From positions 6,003,913 to 6,067,912 of the forward strand of contig NC_052156.1 in assembly GCF_902713615.1 (NCBI RefSeq): 64,000 nucleotides of DNA, read 5' to 3'. Source of the DNA: Scyliorhinus canicula. Its lineage: Eukaryota. Position numbers and translations under genes: made by a program. Under the pieces are notes generated by a model, which did no database searches, was not told where the DNA came from, and saw only the letters and a list, made by a program, of their open reading frames with translations. Shown piece after piece: positions 25,052 to 37,371 of the stretch. Position 1 is the stretch's first letter, and each line of letters opens with the position of its first letter.

Positions 25052-28000
25052 ATGGCTGAACCCAGGACAAAGATGGCTGGTTATGATTATCCTCCCCTAT
25101 TTTCTGAAAGGGAATCATACGACCAATGGAGAAGTGCAGTAGTTATGTGGACTAAGGTGACTGCTTTAGGAAAGAGAAAACAAGGTATGGCATTGGCTCT
25201 TTCTTTACCATATGGCAGTAAAATCCGAAACAAAGTGCTTTCTGAGCTTGAGTTGGAAGAGTTAGACTCAGAAGAAGGTCTGGCGACTTTATTACTTTAT
25301 ATGGACAAGATTTATAAGAAAGATGACTTGTTAAGTGCGTATGAAGCATGGTCGGATTTTGATAAGTTCCGGAAAATGGAGGATTTATCTATGGAAGACT
25401 ATATAATGGAATTTGGCAGACTATATAAAAAGCTGCAGAAACACAGGCTGGAATTTCCACAGTCTGTCTTGGCCTTTAAATTACTTGACTGTGCTAGAGT
25501 GAGCAACATGGATAGGCTCCTGGTTTTGACAGGAGTTCAGTTTACGGATAACGATACCTTATTCGAACAGATGACAACAGCTTTAAAAAAAATTTGGGGG
25601 AAACATTTGATTCCAATGGCTCTGATGACCCAAATAGGTCAGCCTGCTATAAGGCAGGATATGGAAGATACACTACTAACAGGATGGCAAAATCGTATGG
25701 CTACGAACAGGCCTCAAGACTATAAAAGAAGACCGAGACAAGGAAATTATTAAGACAGAAACCCAGTTAGAACCTACAATAGGAGGATGAACCCCAGAAA
25801 TGCACGGGGCATGATAAATCGATGTTTTCGATGTGACTCTCAATACCATTATGCTTTCAACTGTCCAACTCGTTATGATAGAGTATTTGAAGCGACACAT
25901 GACACGGAAGAGTCAGAAGAGGAGAAAGATAGTGACCAGAAAGAAGGCATTGTCCTATTAACAAGCAGTTTTACGCCAGTAATGAGGGTGTTGGTTGCAG
26001 AATCCTTTAACTGCGCTGTATTGGACAGTGGCTGCACATCTACTGTGTGTGGGATTGACTGGTTAAAATGTTATCTGGACTCATTGGATGCTGAAAATCA
26101 TAACAAGGTTAAGGAATTTAAAAGTTCCACAAGTTTCAGGTTTGGGGATGATAATACTCTGAAGTCGCTGAAAAGAGTGGTGATCCCTTGCAATATTGCT
26201 GGAGTGAATCATTTTATTAGCACGGACGTTGTATCAAGTGAGATACCTTTGCTGCTGAGCAGATCGTCGATGAAGAAAGCACACATGAAGCTGGATATGG
26301 AACAGGATAAGGCAACAGTTTTTGGAAAGACGGTGGACTTACAATTTACACAGTCGGGACATTATTGTATTCCATTATTGACAAATAATGTTTCAAGTAG
26401 AGTGGTTAAGGATGTATTAATGACAGTTGATAATGCGACTTTAGCTGGTAAAAAGCTTATTGTAGTAAAACTGCATAGGCAATTTGCACATCCGTCTCCT
26501 CGGAGGCTGAAAAATTTATTAAAGGATGCAGGGGTAAGGGATGATGACTATTCTAAGCTGATAGAACAGGTTAGGGATCGCTGTGAAGTTTGCAGGAAGT
26601 ACAGAAGGACACCAGCACGACCGATAGTAACCCTACCTTTGGCCAGGGATTTTAATGACATTGTGGCCATGGACCTTAAGATCTGGGAAAAAGCAAATAA
26701 TATATTTATTTTGCATTTTGTAGATTTAGCTACCAGATTTAGTCAATCAACGATTGTACGAAGTAAAGAAAAGAGAGTAATTTGGACAAAATTGTGGAAA
26801 AATGGATCGGGACAGGAATGTGTCCACCAGCAAAATTCTTTACGGACAATGGGGGAGAATTTGCTAATGATGAGTTTAGGGATATGTGTGAAAACATGAA
26901 TATCAGAGTTATGAACACGGCTGCCGAAAGCCCTTTTAGTAATGGTGTCTGCGAAAGAAATCCTGCTGTTATCGATGACATGCTTCGGAACATTTTGGGA
27001 GATCGACCAAACTGCACGCTAAATTCAGCTTTAGCATGGGCGGTACATGCAAAGAATTCATTGCAGATGGTTGGGGGCTATAGTCCTTATCAATTAGTGT
27101 TTGGTAGAAATCCTAAAATTCCCTCTATTTTGGATGACCAGCCTCCAGCTTGGGAAGGGACTACAATCAGCTCCGGTTTTGCTGAACATTTAAACACGTT
27201 ACATAGCAGTAGAAAAGCTTTTTTGGAAGCAGAAGTCTCTGAAAGAATTCGCAGAGCTTTAAGACATAATGTACGGCCATCAGATGCCGTTTTTCAACAA
27301 GGAGAAATGGTATACTATAAGACAGACAATTCTAATGAATGGAAAGGCCAAGGGAAGATCATAGGCATAGATGGCAAAACATTTATTTTGCAACATGATA
27401 ATCAAACTGTTAGGGTACATTCATCAAGGATAATGGGTACCGATTACAAATTTTCAAATTTAGACAGAGCAGACAGACAAGACGAGGAACCAGAGTCATC
27501 TGGTACGCATGTGTTACAGAACTATGAGGACCAGTTAGCTGATATAGACAGAGTTTCTGTCGAGGAACACGACACTTCGGATAAATTAGAACAGGCCATT
27601 TTTCCGAAAGGGCAACTGATAAAGGTTGGTACAAAAGTGACATACTTGCCTGAAGGGTCTAGTCAATGGAAGGATGAAACTGTTATTAGTAGAGCAGGGA
27701 AGGCCACTGGAAAGTATAAACATTGGTTGAATGTACAGCATTCAGGGGAGGAAGTTAAGGCAATGGATTGGGAAAATGAAGCTCAAAAATGGAAGGCACA
27801 GAAACGCAGTGCTAGTTCAGATAGTACATCAGATAGTGAACAGGTTCGCAGGAAAAGGTCGAGAACTATTGAAAGGACATCCCGCTACAGAAGAGAAAGA
27901 TCAAGCAGTAGCAGTACAGAACGAGATACCAGGCAGGAAAGGGGACGTAGTTTATCAAGATCTCAGAACAGGAGTAAGACTACGAATACTAATAGAAGTA

Positions 28001-29490
28001 GAAGCCCACATGCACGTGAAATTTTGGTGGCTTCAAATAAATTAGATGAAAAAGTTATCAGAGATGCTAAACAGCAAGAATTGCATAGTTGGAGTGAATT
28101 TGGGGTATACACGGAAGTACCGGATAGGGGACAAAAAACTCTATCCCACAGATGGATTTGTACAGAAAAGGTTCTTCCAGATGGAACTTATAAGGCAAAG
28201 GCCAGGCTTGTGGCAAGGGGATTTGAAGAAAACTTAGACGATCAGGACTTAAGGGTAGATTCACCTACAGCAGGAAAGGTTATTTTAAAGATCATCTTGG
28301 CTCTATTAACCACAAAGGCATGGGAATGCAAATCTATAGATATAAAAGCTGCCTTTTTGCAGGGGCATCAGCTCCAGAGAGACATTTTTCTCCGTCCTCC
28401 TAAAGAAGCAGCTAACACAGAAGGGGTACTCTGGAAGTTGAACAAATGTGTATATGGATTAAATGATGCATCTAGAGTGTGGTACTTTTCGGTGAGGTCA
28501 GTCTTGTTAAAGTTAGGCTGTTGCCAGTTAAAAGCAGATCCTGCAATGTTTTACTAGCACTATAAAGGAAATCTTGCGGGCATCTTTATGATGCATGTCG
28601 ATGATTTTTTGTGGGGTGGGACTAGTGATTTTGAAGCTATTGTAATCTCTGGTTTGAGGAAAGAATTCAGGGTTGGAAGTCAGGCTTCCGGTGCATTTAA
28701 ATATATTGGACTGGAAATCGGACAGACTCAGTTAGGGGCAACTTTACGTCAGCAATCTTACTTGGAAAGCATCAGTCCAATAGCAATTAGTCGTGGCCGG
28801 GTTTCACAAAAAGACGCAATGGTTTCGAAGATAGAAAAAGAGCAACTGAACTGGTTAGGTAGACAGACTAGACCAGACGTGAGTTTTGATGTTTTAGAGT
28901 TGAGTACAAAGATGAATGATCCCAAAGTGGAAGACATAATAAGAGCAAATAAAGTGTTGGCCAAACTAAAAATGCAGGAGTGTGTTTTGAAGTTCCCTGT
29001 TTTAGGTGATCCTAGGCATTTGAAACTCATAGTTTATAGTGATGCGTCCTATGCAAATTTATGTGATGGAGTTTCAAGCGCAGGAGGTTTTATAATTTTT
29101 CTTTTGGGGAACAATGGTAAATATTGCCCTCTTGTGTGGGAAACAAAGAAAATAAGGAGAGTGGTCAAAAGCACTTTGGCTGCTGAGACATTAAGCTTAG
29201 TGGAAGCGGTGGATATGGCCTTTTATATAAGTCAGATATTGACAGAAATTTTGGGAGAAGAGGATTTAGGTAATATACCTATTGACTGTCACATTGACAA
29301 TAAATCTCTGAGGGAATATGTGCACTCTACAAAACGTGTCAATGAAAAGAGGTTACGGACAGACATCGCAAGTTTAAAGCTGATGTTGGACAGAGGTGAA
29401 ATAACAAAAATTAAATGGGTTGACAGTAGCTATCAACTGTCAGACTGTTTCACGAAAATAAGAAACTTTTAGATATCGTGAATGTTTCTG
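25052..29490 (+). pseudogene. Copia gag-pol polyprotein, disrupted
   Basis: Zn knuckle CFRCDSQYHYAFNC; protease LDSGCT; integrase HHCC (LHRQFAH..CEVC) with D/D/E motifs VAMD, TDNGGEF and NGVCE; RT KARLVARGFEE, DIKAAFLQG and HVDD; RNase H YSDAS, STLAAE and LSDCFTK. Lesions: in-frame TAA at 25751, frameshift near 26780, TAG at 28555, and apparent short deletions near 28845 and 29460. Confidence 0.93.
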
Positions 29491-29612
29491 TGAATATTTT
29501 TTTTTCTTCTACTTAAAAAAAAGGGGGAATCAGGTGTGTGTTTTAGTTTCTTGAAATTTTAGTTTCCTGAAATTTTCTTTTAACCTAATTGTTTTTTTCT
29601 CCAAGGGGAGAC

Positions 29613-29861
29613 TGTTAAGTAATGGGTTAAGAGACATTGCAATTCGTTGTCTCATTTATGTTAAGTGTTCAATGATTGTCTCATTTATGTTAAGTGTTCA
29701 ATGATTGACACTGATATGTAAAGGGGCTTCAGGTGGACTCTGGAGCTTGTGATGATCTGTAGAGTTCTGTGCAGAGTGAGTTTGAACCATTAAAGGTGTG
29801 TTGGTGAAAAAGGAGCTGAACTCTTGCCTCTTCATTCCACAGCATCTAATACATGTTAACA
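29613..29861 (+). repeat. 3' LTR of the Copia element
   Basis: Runs TGTTAAG...GTTAACA, is preceded by the purine tract aaggggagac (29603-29612) and is followed by the TSD CGGCA. Confidence 0.95.
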
Positions 29862-31143
29862 CGGCAGTCTGGGTGCAGACAGCCCAGTCGGCAGTCTGGG
29901 AGCAGACAGCCCAGCCGCCAGTCTGGGAGCAGAGAACCCAGTCGCCAGTCTGGGAGCAGACAGTCCAGACGCCAGTCTGGGAGCAGACGTCCAAGTCGCC
30001 AGTCTGGGAGCAGAGAACCCAGTCGCCAGTCTGGGAGCAGACAGCCCAGTCGCCAGTCTGGGAGCAGAGAACCCAGTCGCCAGTCTGGGAGCAGACAGCC
30101 CAGTCGCCAGTCTGGGTGCAGACAGCCCAGTCGCCAGTCTGGCTGCAGACAGCCCAGTCGCCAGTCTGGGAGCAGACGTCCAAGTCGCCAGTCTGGGTGC
30201 AGACAGCCCAGTCGCCAGTCTGGGAGCAGACGTCCAAGTCGCCAGTCTGGGTGCAGACAGCCCAGACGCCAGCCTGGGAGCAGACAGCCCAGTCGCCAGT
30301 CTGTGTGCAGACAGCCCAGTCGCCAGTCTGTGTGCAGACAGCCCAGTCGCCAGTCTGGGTGCAGACAGCCCAGACGAAAGTCTGGGTGCAGACAGCCCAG
30401 TCGCCAGTCTGGGTGCAGACAGCCCAGTCGCCAGTCTGTGTGCAGACAGCCCAGTCGCCAGTCTGGGTGCAGACGGCCCAGACGAAAGTCTGGGTGCAGA
30501 CGGCCCAGACGCCAGTCTGGGTGCAGACAGCCCAGACGCCAGTCTGGGAGCAGACAGCCCAGACGCCAGTCTGGGAGCAGACAGCCCAGATGCCAGTCTG
30601 GGAGCAGACAGCCCAGTCGCCAGTCTGGGAGCAGACAGCCCAGTCGCCAGTCTGAGAGCAGACAGCCCAGTCGCCAGTCTGGGTGCAGACAGCCCAGTCG
30701 CCAGTCTGGGTGCAGACAGCTCAGTCGCCAGTCTGGGTGCAGACAGCCCAGTCGCCAGTCTGGGTGCAGACAGCCCAGTCGCCAGTCTGGGTGCAGACGG
30801 CCCAGTCGCCAGTCTGGGTGCAGACAGCCCAGTCGCCAGTCTGGGTGCAGACAGCCCAGTCGCCAGTCTGGGAGCAGACAGCTCAGTCGCCAGTCTGAGA
30901 GCAGACAGCCCAGTCGCCAATCTGGGTGCAGACAGCCCAGTCGCCAGTCTGGGTGCAGACAGCCCAGACGCCAGTCTGGGTGCAGACAGCCCAGTCGCCA
31001 GTCTGGGTGCAGACAGCCCAGACGTCAGTCTGGGAGCAGACAGCCCAGTCGCCAGTCTGGGTGCAGACAGCCCAGTCGCCAGTCTGGGTGCAGACAGCCC
31101 AGTCGCCAGTCTGGGTGCAGACAGCCCAGACGAAAGTCTGGGA
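29862..31143. repeat. 27-bp minisatellite, right arm (~47 units)
   Basis: Same unit, resuming in phase after the TSD; enriched in the gggtgcaga variant. Confidence 0.95.
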
Positions 31144-32779
31144 TGAAGTTGACTAATCTGCTAATTTGTTCATGAATAATGTGAAATTTGGGAGGAACGC
31201 TTTGGTGAATAATTATAAAATGTGTTGATTTTTTAGATTAACGCATTCCCAAGATGCAGGCATCACTGGTACTTATTGACCATCCATAATGCTTTTCACA
31301 GGTGTAGTTAAAGAATAGGAAAAAGGTTCAACTCACATATTTTTTAAAAATGATGAATCAATAAAACTTGGTAAAGGTCAGTTCAGATTCAAATGAACAA
31401 GAAGGGCAATTGGTGCCTTTTAAAACAAAATTATTTTCTCTGACTTCCAAGCAATTGCCTTCAGCTGCAAGACTGGAGCTGATTAAAAACACACAGCATG
31501 CTGACCTTGCAGCAAGCCCATCTGCACTACATTTTAGGCAAAGTTTTCTACATATTGGCAACATCCAGTTCAAGACATTATAAAGCATTTAAAATCCTGT
31601 GCAAATCATGTACCCGCTTCATGTAACCAATGTGCACTCATATTGCGGAATCTGTGTGGTCACAGAATTTACAGTGCAGAAGGTGGATATTCAACCCATC
31701 GAGTCTGCACCGGTCAATGGAAAGAGCACCCTGCTTAAGCCCGCGCCTCCACCCTATCCCCGTAACCCAGTAACTCCACCTAACCTTTTGGAAACTAAGG
31801 GGCAATTTAGCATGGCCAAGCCACCTAACCTGCATATCTTTGGACAGTGGGAGGAAATCGGAGCGCCCGGAGGAAACCCACACAGACACGGGGAGAAACT
31901 ACCAACTCCACACAGTCACCCGAGGTTGGAATTGAACCCGGGTCCCTTGAACTACGAGGCAGCAGTGCTAAGCACTGTGCCGCCGTGCCACTCACAGGGG
32001 AAAGGGGGATGCGTTTAAGTTCATCAGGCCTGTGTTACCTTCACTGAAATAGCTTGAGGAATGGAAAAAAACGCAAGAAGCCATCAACCAGTGACCAACT
32101 CTCCATGAACCTCAACTCCTTCTCTGTGCAGTCATAGAACATAGAACAGTACAGCACAGAACAGGCCCTTCGGCCCTCGATGTTGTGCCGAGCATTGTCC
32201 GAAACCAAGATCAAGCTATCCCACTCCCTGTCATTCTGGTGTGCTCCATGTGCCCATCCAATAACCGCTTGAAAGTTCCTAAAGTGTCCGACTCCACTAT
32301 CACAGCAGGCAGTCCATTCCACACCCTAACCACTCTGAGTAAAGAACCTACCTCGGACATCCCTCCTATATCTCCCACCCTGAACCTTATAGTTATGCCC
32401 CCTTGTAACAGGATAAGATGCCCCTACTTTTGAGTGGGGGCAGCCACCAGATTTTGGTAGAATCAATGAAGGCATTGAAGAGAAAATGGCAGCCGTTACC
32501 CAGATTTTGATAGAATCCTGCCATCTCCCCTGTATGTATGCATGGAGGGAGGGTAAATTACTCCTGGGTGCTGCTTCTGGAGACAATGGAGACCAGGAGC
32601 AATTCTACTTTGGCGGGAGGTTTATCTGAGGAAGGATGTTCTTGCTATGGAGGGAGTGCAGCGAAGGTTTACCCGGCTGATTCCTGGAATGGTGGTTAGG
32701 ATTACATGGAACATACAGTGCAGAACGTGCATCAAATAATCCATAACAGGCCATTTGGCTCATGTTGTTCATGTCTGGC

Positions 32780-33140
32780 GAGACGGTGGTATAGTGGTGA
32801 TGTCACTGGACTGGAAATCCAGTGGCCCAGGCCTGGGGACACTGGTTCAAATCCCAGCATGGCAATTGGTGGAATTTTAAAGTGATTATTTAATTAAATT
32901 CAATTGATTTACAGAAAATCTGGGATTGAAGTGGCCACTGATTACTGTAAAAAGCCCACATATGGCCCTTATGGGAAGGAAATGTGCCACCCCTGCCTGG
33001 TCTGGGCACCTGATGTGACTCCAGCCCCACACAACATCGCCGTCGCTCAAACGCTCTCTGAAATGGCCACTCAGTACAAGGGCAATAATAGAGGGCAACA
33101 AATGCTTGCCTTTCCAACGATGTCTAGATCCCCTGAAAGA
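32780..33140 (+). mobile_element. Older tRNA-SINE whose tail resembles the Crack-like LINE 3' end (also ~5195-5790)
   Basis: GGTTCAAATCCC B box, GGAAGGAAAT...ATGTGACTCCAG core, and tail CAACAAATGCTTGCC. Confidence 0.6.
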
Positions 33141-34196
33141 AAAGAGTTATTGCCCATGTACTTAATTCCAGCCTAATGACATGCCTTTCTGTTCCTGTGT
33201 AAATGCAAGTCCTTGCTGTTTTAGGTTGTATCTGCCCTCAGAGCACCATGTGTGGGAGAGAGGATGGAAGGGAGAGCTCAAGTAGGGGTCATCATCCTTA
33301 TTAAACTGCAGGAGGAGACTGCAATTTATAATCAAATTAATTTTAAAAAGTAGGATTATAAATATCTACATCGCTAGACAATAAGTTACCTTTTAAAAAG
33401 ATTTTAAGAAACTGGGAATTGGAAAGGAGTACGTTTCAGTACAATGACATCTATTTTCAAAAGGAAGGGCAAAATGAAATGAAACATTTATATATAATGA
33501 AATACATTTTTAAAATAAGCGAGGGAAAGCAGGAACCAATACCCTCACAGAGAAGGCATCTCTCTCTCTCGAAATAAATTTGCCTTCAGCAAGACTTTAC
33601 TCCACATGTAAGTACTCGACATCACTGACTCAATTCCCGAACATAACCCCCTAATCATTCCTAGCAACTCATGATGGGAAGGGGCAGAGGAAGAATTAAA
33701 AATACAATAAAATGTAAGGGAGGATCAGGTTTCTAAAATTTGAACCTTTCAAGGTTATCTGATTAACTGGTAATAAACTCCAAAGTGAAGAGGGCCACAT
33801 AATCCCAGGCAGGCAAGATGCAGCCATGCATTAAGAGAATTTACACTGGAGAAAAGGCAGCTCAGGGGAGGCAGTGTCAAACTTTTCAAAGATCGAAGCG
33901 GTACTGATAACTCGCGCGAGGTAACAACAAAACCTTGCAACCGAGGATGGAGATGGGCTCAGGGAGACGTTAGGAAGCAGGCAATTTTCCATTCATCTAC
34001 TTTTCACAAACGGAGTGGGCAATGCGTGGAACAAACTTCCCAGTAAACAATGTCAGCAAATTCGATCAAGAAAGTAGGATTTTTTAATTGGAAGGAACAA
34101 CTGAGGGATACAGGCGATAAAGATGATATGGAATTTGTTTTTTTAACCGTTGCTCATCCCAGTTCACCCCCAGGTTGGTCAATTCTGGATCTGTAA

Positions 34197-34424
34197 GGGC
34201 AGCATGGTGGCCTAGTGGTTAGCACAACCGCCTCACGGCGCTGAGGTCCCAGGTTCGATCCCGGCTCTGGGTCACTGTCCGTGTGGAGTTTGCACGTTCT
34301 CCCCGTGTCTGCGTGGGTTTCGCCCCCACAACCCAAAAATGTGCAGAGTAGGTGGATTGGCCACGCTAAATTGCCCCTTAATTGGAAAAAATAATTGGCT
34401 AATCTAAATTTATTTAAAAAAAAA
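34197..34424 (+). mobile_element. Short HE1-derived SINE with poly(A) tail (also 1-170 +, 41470-41706 -, 43306-43535 -, 48268-48497 +)
   Basis: Same head, internal deletion, A-tail, and a 15-bp TSD aattctggatctgta (34181-34195 / 34425-34439). Confidence 0.9.
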
Positions 34425-35523
34425 AATTCTGGATCTGTATATTACAATATATCGGTAATATATTTAAAAATCAAATGACTGTCTGCAGATCCTGCCATTT
34501 TTATCTGTTGTAAATTCCTGAGTCAACATTCAGAATGGAAACTGCCTATGTAAACTCGTCATACTGTAATTACACCCTCCTGCCAATGATGGTACTGTAG
34601 TGTCTCTACTGTCAAGAGGATGTGATGACAGCAAAACATGTTGAGATTGGAAATGTCCTTTTAAATGCAGGCAAAGAAATTAACATCTGTAAATGAAAAT
34701 AAGGACAAAATGACAGGCTTTAAAGGAGGTACCCTGCTCTCCAACTCCACCTCACATGAAGTCTACATATGACTTTGACATCCCCATATGCAATGCTATG
34801 GGAGGTTTTATTACCATTTCTTAAGTTTTTCTATAAGTAGTCAAGGTGCCTTAGCATTGCAATGCCTTTTCTTGCTTCCATCCTCAGTAATCCAAACATT
34901 CCCTGAGCAGTTTAAGGAATGGTTTCTCTTCCTGTTCCTGCAGTTACCTCTATAGAATTTCACAAGGATGTATCCTCGAGCTCTTCCTCCTCCTCATCTG
35001 CTTACCACACTTCATCTGAAGACAGGGAGTCAGCTTCCGCGGAAGTGCCACCTCGACCTCTCCATTGCCCCGTGTGGTGAGCCTTCTCGTCTGACATCCA
35101 ATTGCAGATAAGCCGAAACTTTCTGCAGATCAAGATCGGGAAGACCAAAGTCACCTTGCTAAAAGCTCTGTTCTCTTGTCCTTGTTCCATCCTCCCCCGG
35201 GCATCGAATGTTGAACTGGACTGTACACAACCTGGGATATCTTCAGCTGAGTTTCCTATATCCATTCCATTACAAAGGCCACCTACTTATGTCTATAACA
35301 TTGTCTCTGCCTCCGCCCATCATCTGCTGAAATCGTCAGCCATGCATCTGTCACCTTCAGACTTTACTATTTTTCATGTTCCCCTAGTTGGATTCCATCC
35401 AACATTATGCTGTCAAAATCCTGACCATTCGTTCAACCATCACCATTGCACTTGTTATTATCTCTCAGTCATCCCACATCTCAAACTGTGTTCAAGTTCC
35501 TTTGCGACTTCATCCCTCACATT

Positions 35524-35910
35524 CTCTGCGACCTCCTCCAGCTCTACACCCTCTGCGACCTCCTCCAGCTCTACACCCTCTGCGACCTCCTCCAGCTCTA
35601 CACCCTCTGCGACCTCCTCCAGCTCTACACCCTCTGCGACCTCCTCCAGCTCTACACCCTCTGCGACCTCCTCCAGCTCTACACCCTCTGCGACCTCCTC
35701 CAGCTCTACACCCTCTGCGACCTCCTCCAGCTCTACACCCTCTGCGACCTCCTCCAGCTCTACACCCTCTGCGACCTCTTCCAGCTCTACACCTTCTGCG
35801 ACCTCCTCCAGCTCTACACCCTCTGTGACCTCCTCCAGCTCTACACCCTCTGCGACCTCCTCCAGCTCTACACCCTCTGTGACCTCCTCCAGCTCTACAC
35901 CCTCTGCGAC
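35524..35910. repeat. 27-bp tandem repeat (~14 copies) inside an old L2-like relic
   Basis: Unit ctctgcgacctcctccagctctacacc; the flanks (~34880-35520) resemble degraded L2/CR1 ORF2 sequence. Confidence 0.85.
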
Positions 35911-37229
35911 TCCACATTCTTAAAACACTTTGTTCCATCAATGGTAGCCATGACGTCAAGAACCAAGCTCTTGAACTCCACCTTTACACTTTTCCACCTC
36001 TCTCTTCTCTTTCAAAACCCAACTCCTTGACCAAGGATTTAGTCCCCCCCCCCCCCCCACCTTTGCCTATGTGATGATTCTTGTTTGATCCCCCCCCCCC
36101 CCCCCGCAACCTTGGGGTGGCTTTTCTATGATCAAGACGGTGTCTAAACCCAAACTGTTCTTGCTGTTTGGATGCTTTCATTTTATAAAAGCCTACAACA
36201 CAATGAACGATAAGTTATATCCATCAAGAAGGATTCAACAGAGTGGAGCACTTGAATTATGGGATGGGATGGGGGGGGGGGGGGGGGGGGGGGGCCTGAA
36301 GGAGATCCTGATTCTGAAAGGATTTAATGGGGTAGATGCAGAGAAGCTATTCCCACTTGTATGGGGTGAACAAACCCATGGGCTATAAATATAAATTATC
36401 ATCGGCATCCTGCGCGAGATGATGGAAATGCAGCAAATCCATTAATACAATATAAGATAGCTAAGATAAAGCAAGATAGTCACCAATAAATTAAACAGGG
36501 AATTCAGACGCAATGTTTTTTCGGAAAGCTAATTCACACAACAAGGAGTGGTTGAGGCAAACAGCACAGATGCATTTAAGGAGAAGTCAGAGAAGCTCAG
36601 AGGGTGGAAAAGAGGAGGATATGTTGATGGGGTGAGGTGAAGAGGGGCGGGAGGAGACTGAAGTGGAGCAGCTGTGCCAAATGGCTGGTCCCTGCATTGT
36701 ACATGGCACAAAATGTGCAATTTATTTCCTGAATGAATGCCGTTAAATTCTCTACAACCGCAATTGCTCCTTAAACAGTAACTGATGTGGATCTAAGGTT
36801 TAGATGACAGCAGCTGGAAGGTGTTACCTGGAGGCTGGGTGATTGAGTTACAGAGAAGTGAGCCCAGATTGATGGGTGAGGGAGTATGCCCCATACTGTG
36901 GTCAGGAGGACAGTGGAAGAGCGCTCAAACATTTCATGTTAGCCTCTCTGTACCTGGCCTCCTACACTGTTCCAATGAAACTCCTGCAACGCAACCTCAT
37001 CTCGTCATTCGGCATTTTACAGTCGTCCAGGCTCAACACCAAGTTTAACAACTTCACACCATAATCACTACTCCTATTTTTTCCAGAGTAGTTGCCGGTA
37101 ATGATTCTAATTTTGTCATTTTCAGCTCCCCTAGATCCACCTTTTATTTATTATCCTGCTCCATTTTCTTTGTACCATCACCTCTTTTGTCATTTAATCG
37201 CTCCTACTTTCCGTCTGATCACAGACCCT

Positions 37230-37371
37230 CGGCGGGATTCTCCGTTATCCCGGCGGACCGGGGGTTTCCCGACAGCGAGGGGCTGCCCCACAATGGGAAA
37301 CCCGGTGTAACGGAGAATCCCCCGACCGGCTGGGGCAGAAATGTGGCGCAGCGGGGCGGAGAATCCCGCCC
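37230..37371. mobile_element. 142-bp Harbinger MITE
   Basis: GGCGGGATTCTCC...GGAGAATCCCGCCC with TSD CCT/CCT and an internal extra TIR copy. Confidence 0.8.

Larger units (their letters stand above)
24705..29861 (+). mobile_element. Full-length Ty1/Copia LTR retrotransposon, GalEa-like, decayed
   Basis: Two 249-bp LTRs (24705-24953, 29613-29861) with element termini TGTTAA...TTAACA. 5-bp TSD CGGCA (24700-24704, 29862-29866), PBS, PPT, and domain order gag-PR-IN-RT-RH. Confidence 0.96.

Noticed and set aside
25751-25753. Programmed gag-pol stop read-through
   Set aside because: The TAA lies before the Gag zinc knuckle, and the ORF has other inactivating lesions, so a post-insertion mutation is more likely.
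23820-31143. CRISPR-like array (hairpin-forming repeats next to an integrase and RT)
   Set aside because: There are no unique spacers or cas genes, and the DNA is eukaryotic; this is a head-to-tail minisatellite.
29798-31175. Long ORFs (SRQSGSRQP and TAQSPVWEQ repeats) resembling protamine or structural proteins
   Set aside because: Several frames on both strands are open because the 27-bp unit lacks stops. The array is split by a retrotransposon and has no gene structure.
35102-36030. Mucin-like SATSSSSTP ORF
   Set aside because: It is a 27-bp tandem amplification inside a LINE relic and is open in several frames.
36452-36482. Triple AGATA cluster as a GATA enhancer
   Set aside because: It lies within a CR1 relic and looks like a micro-duplication, with no supporting context.
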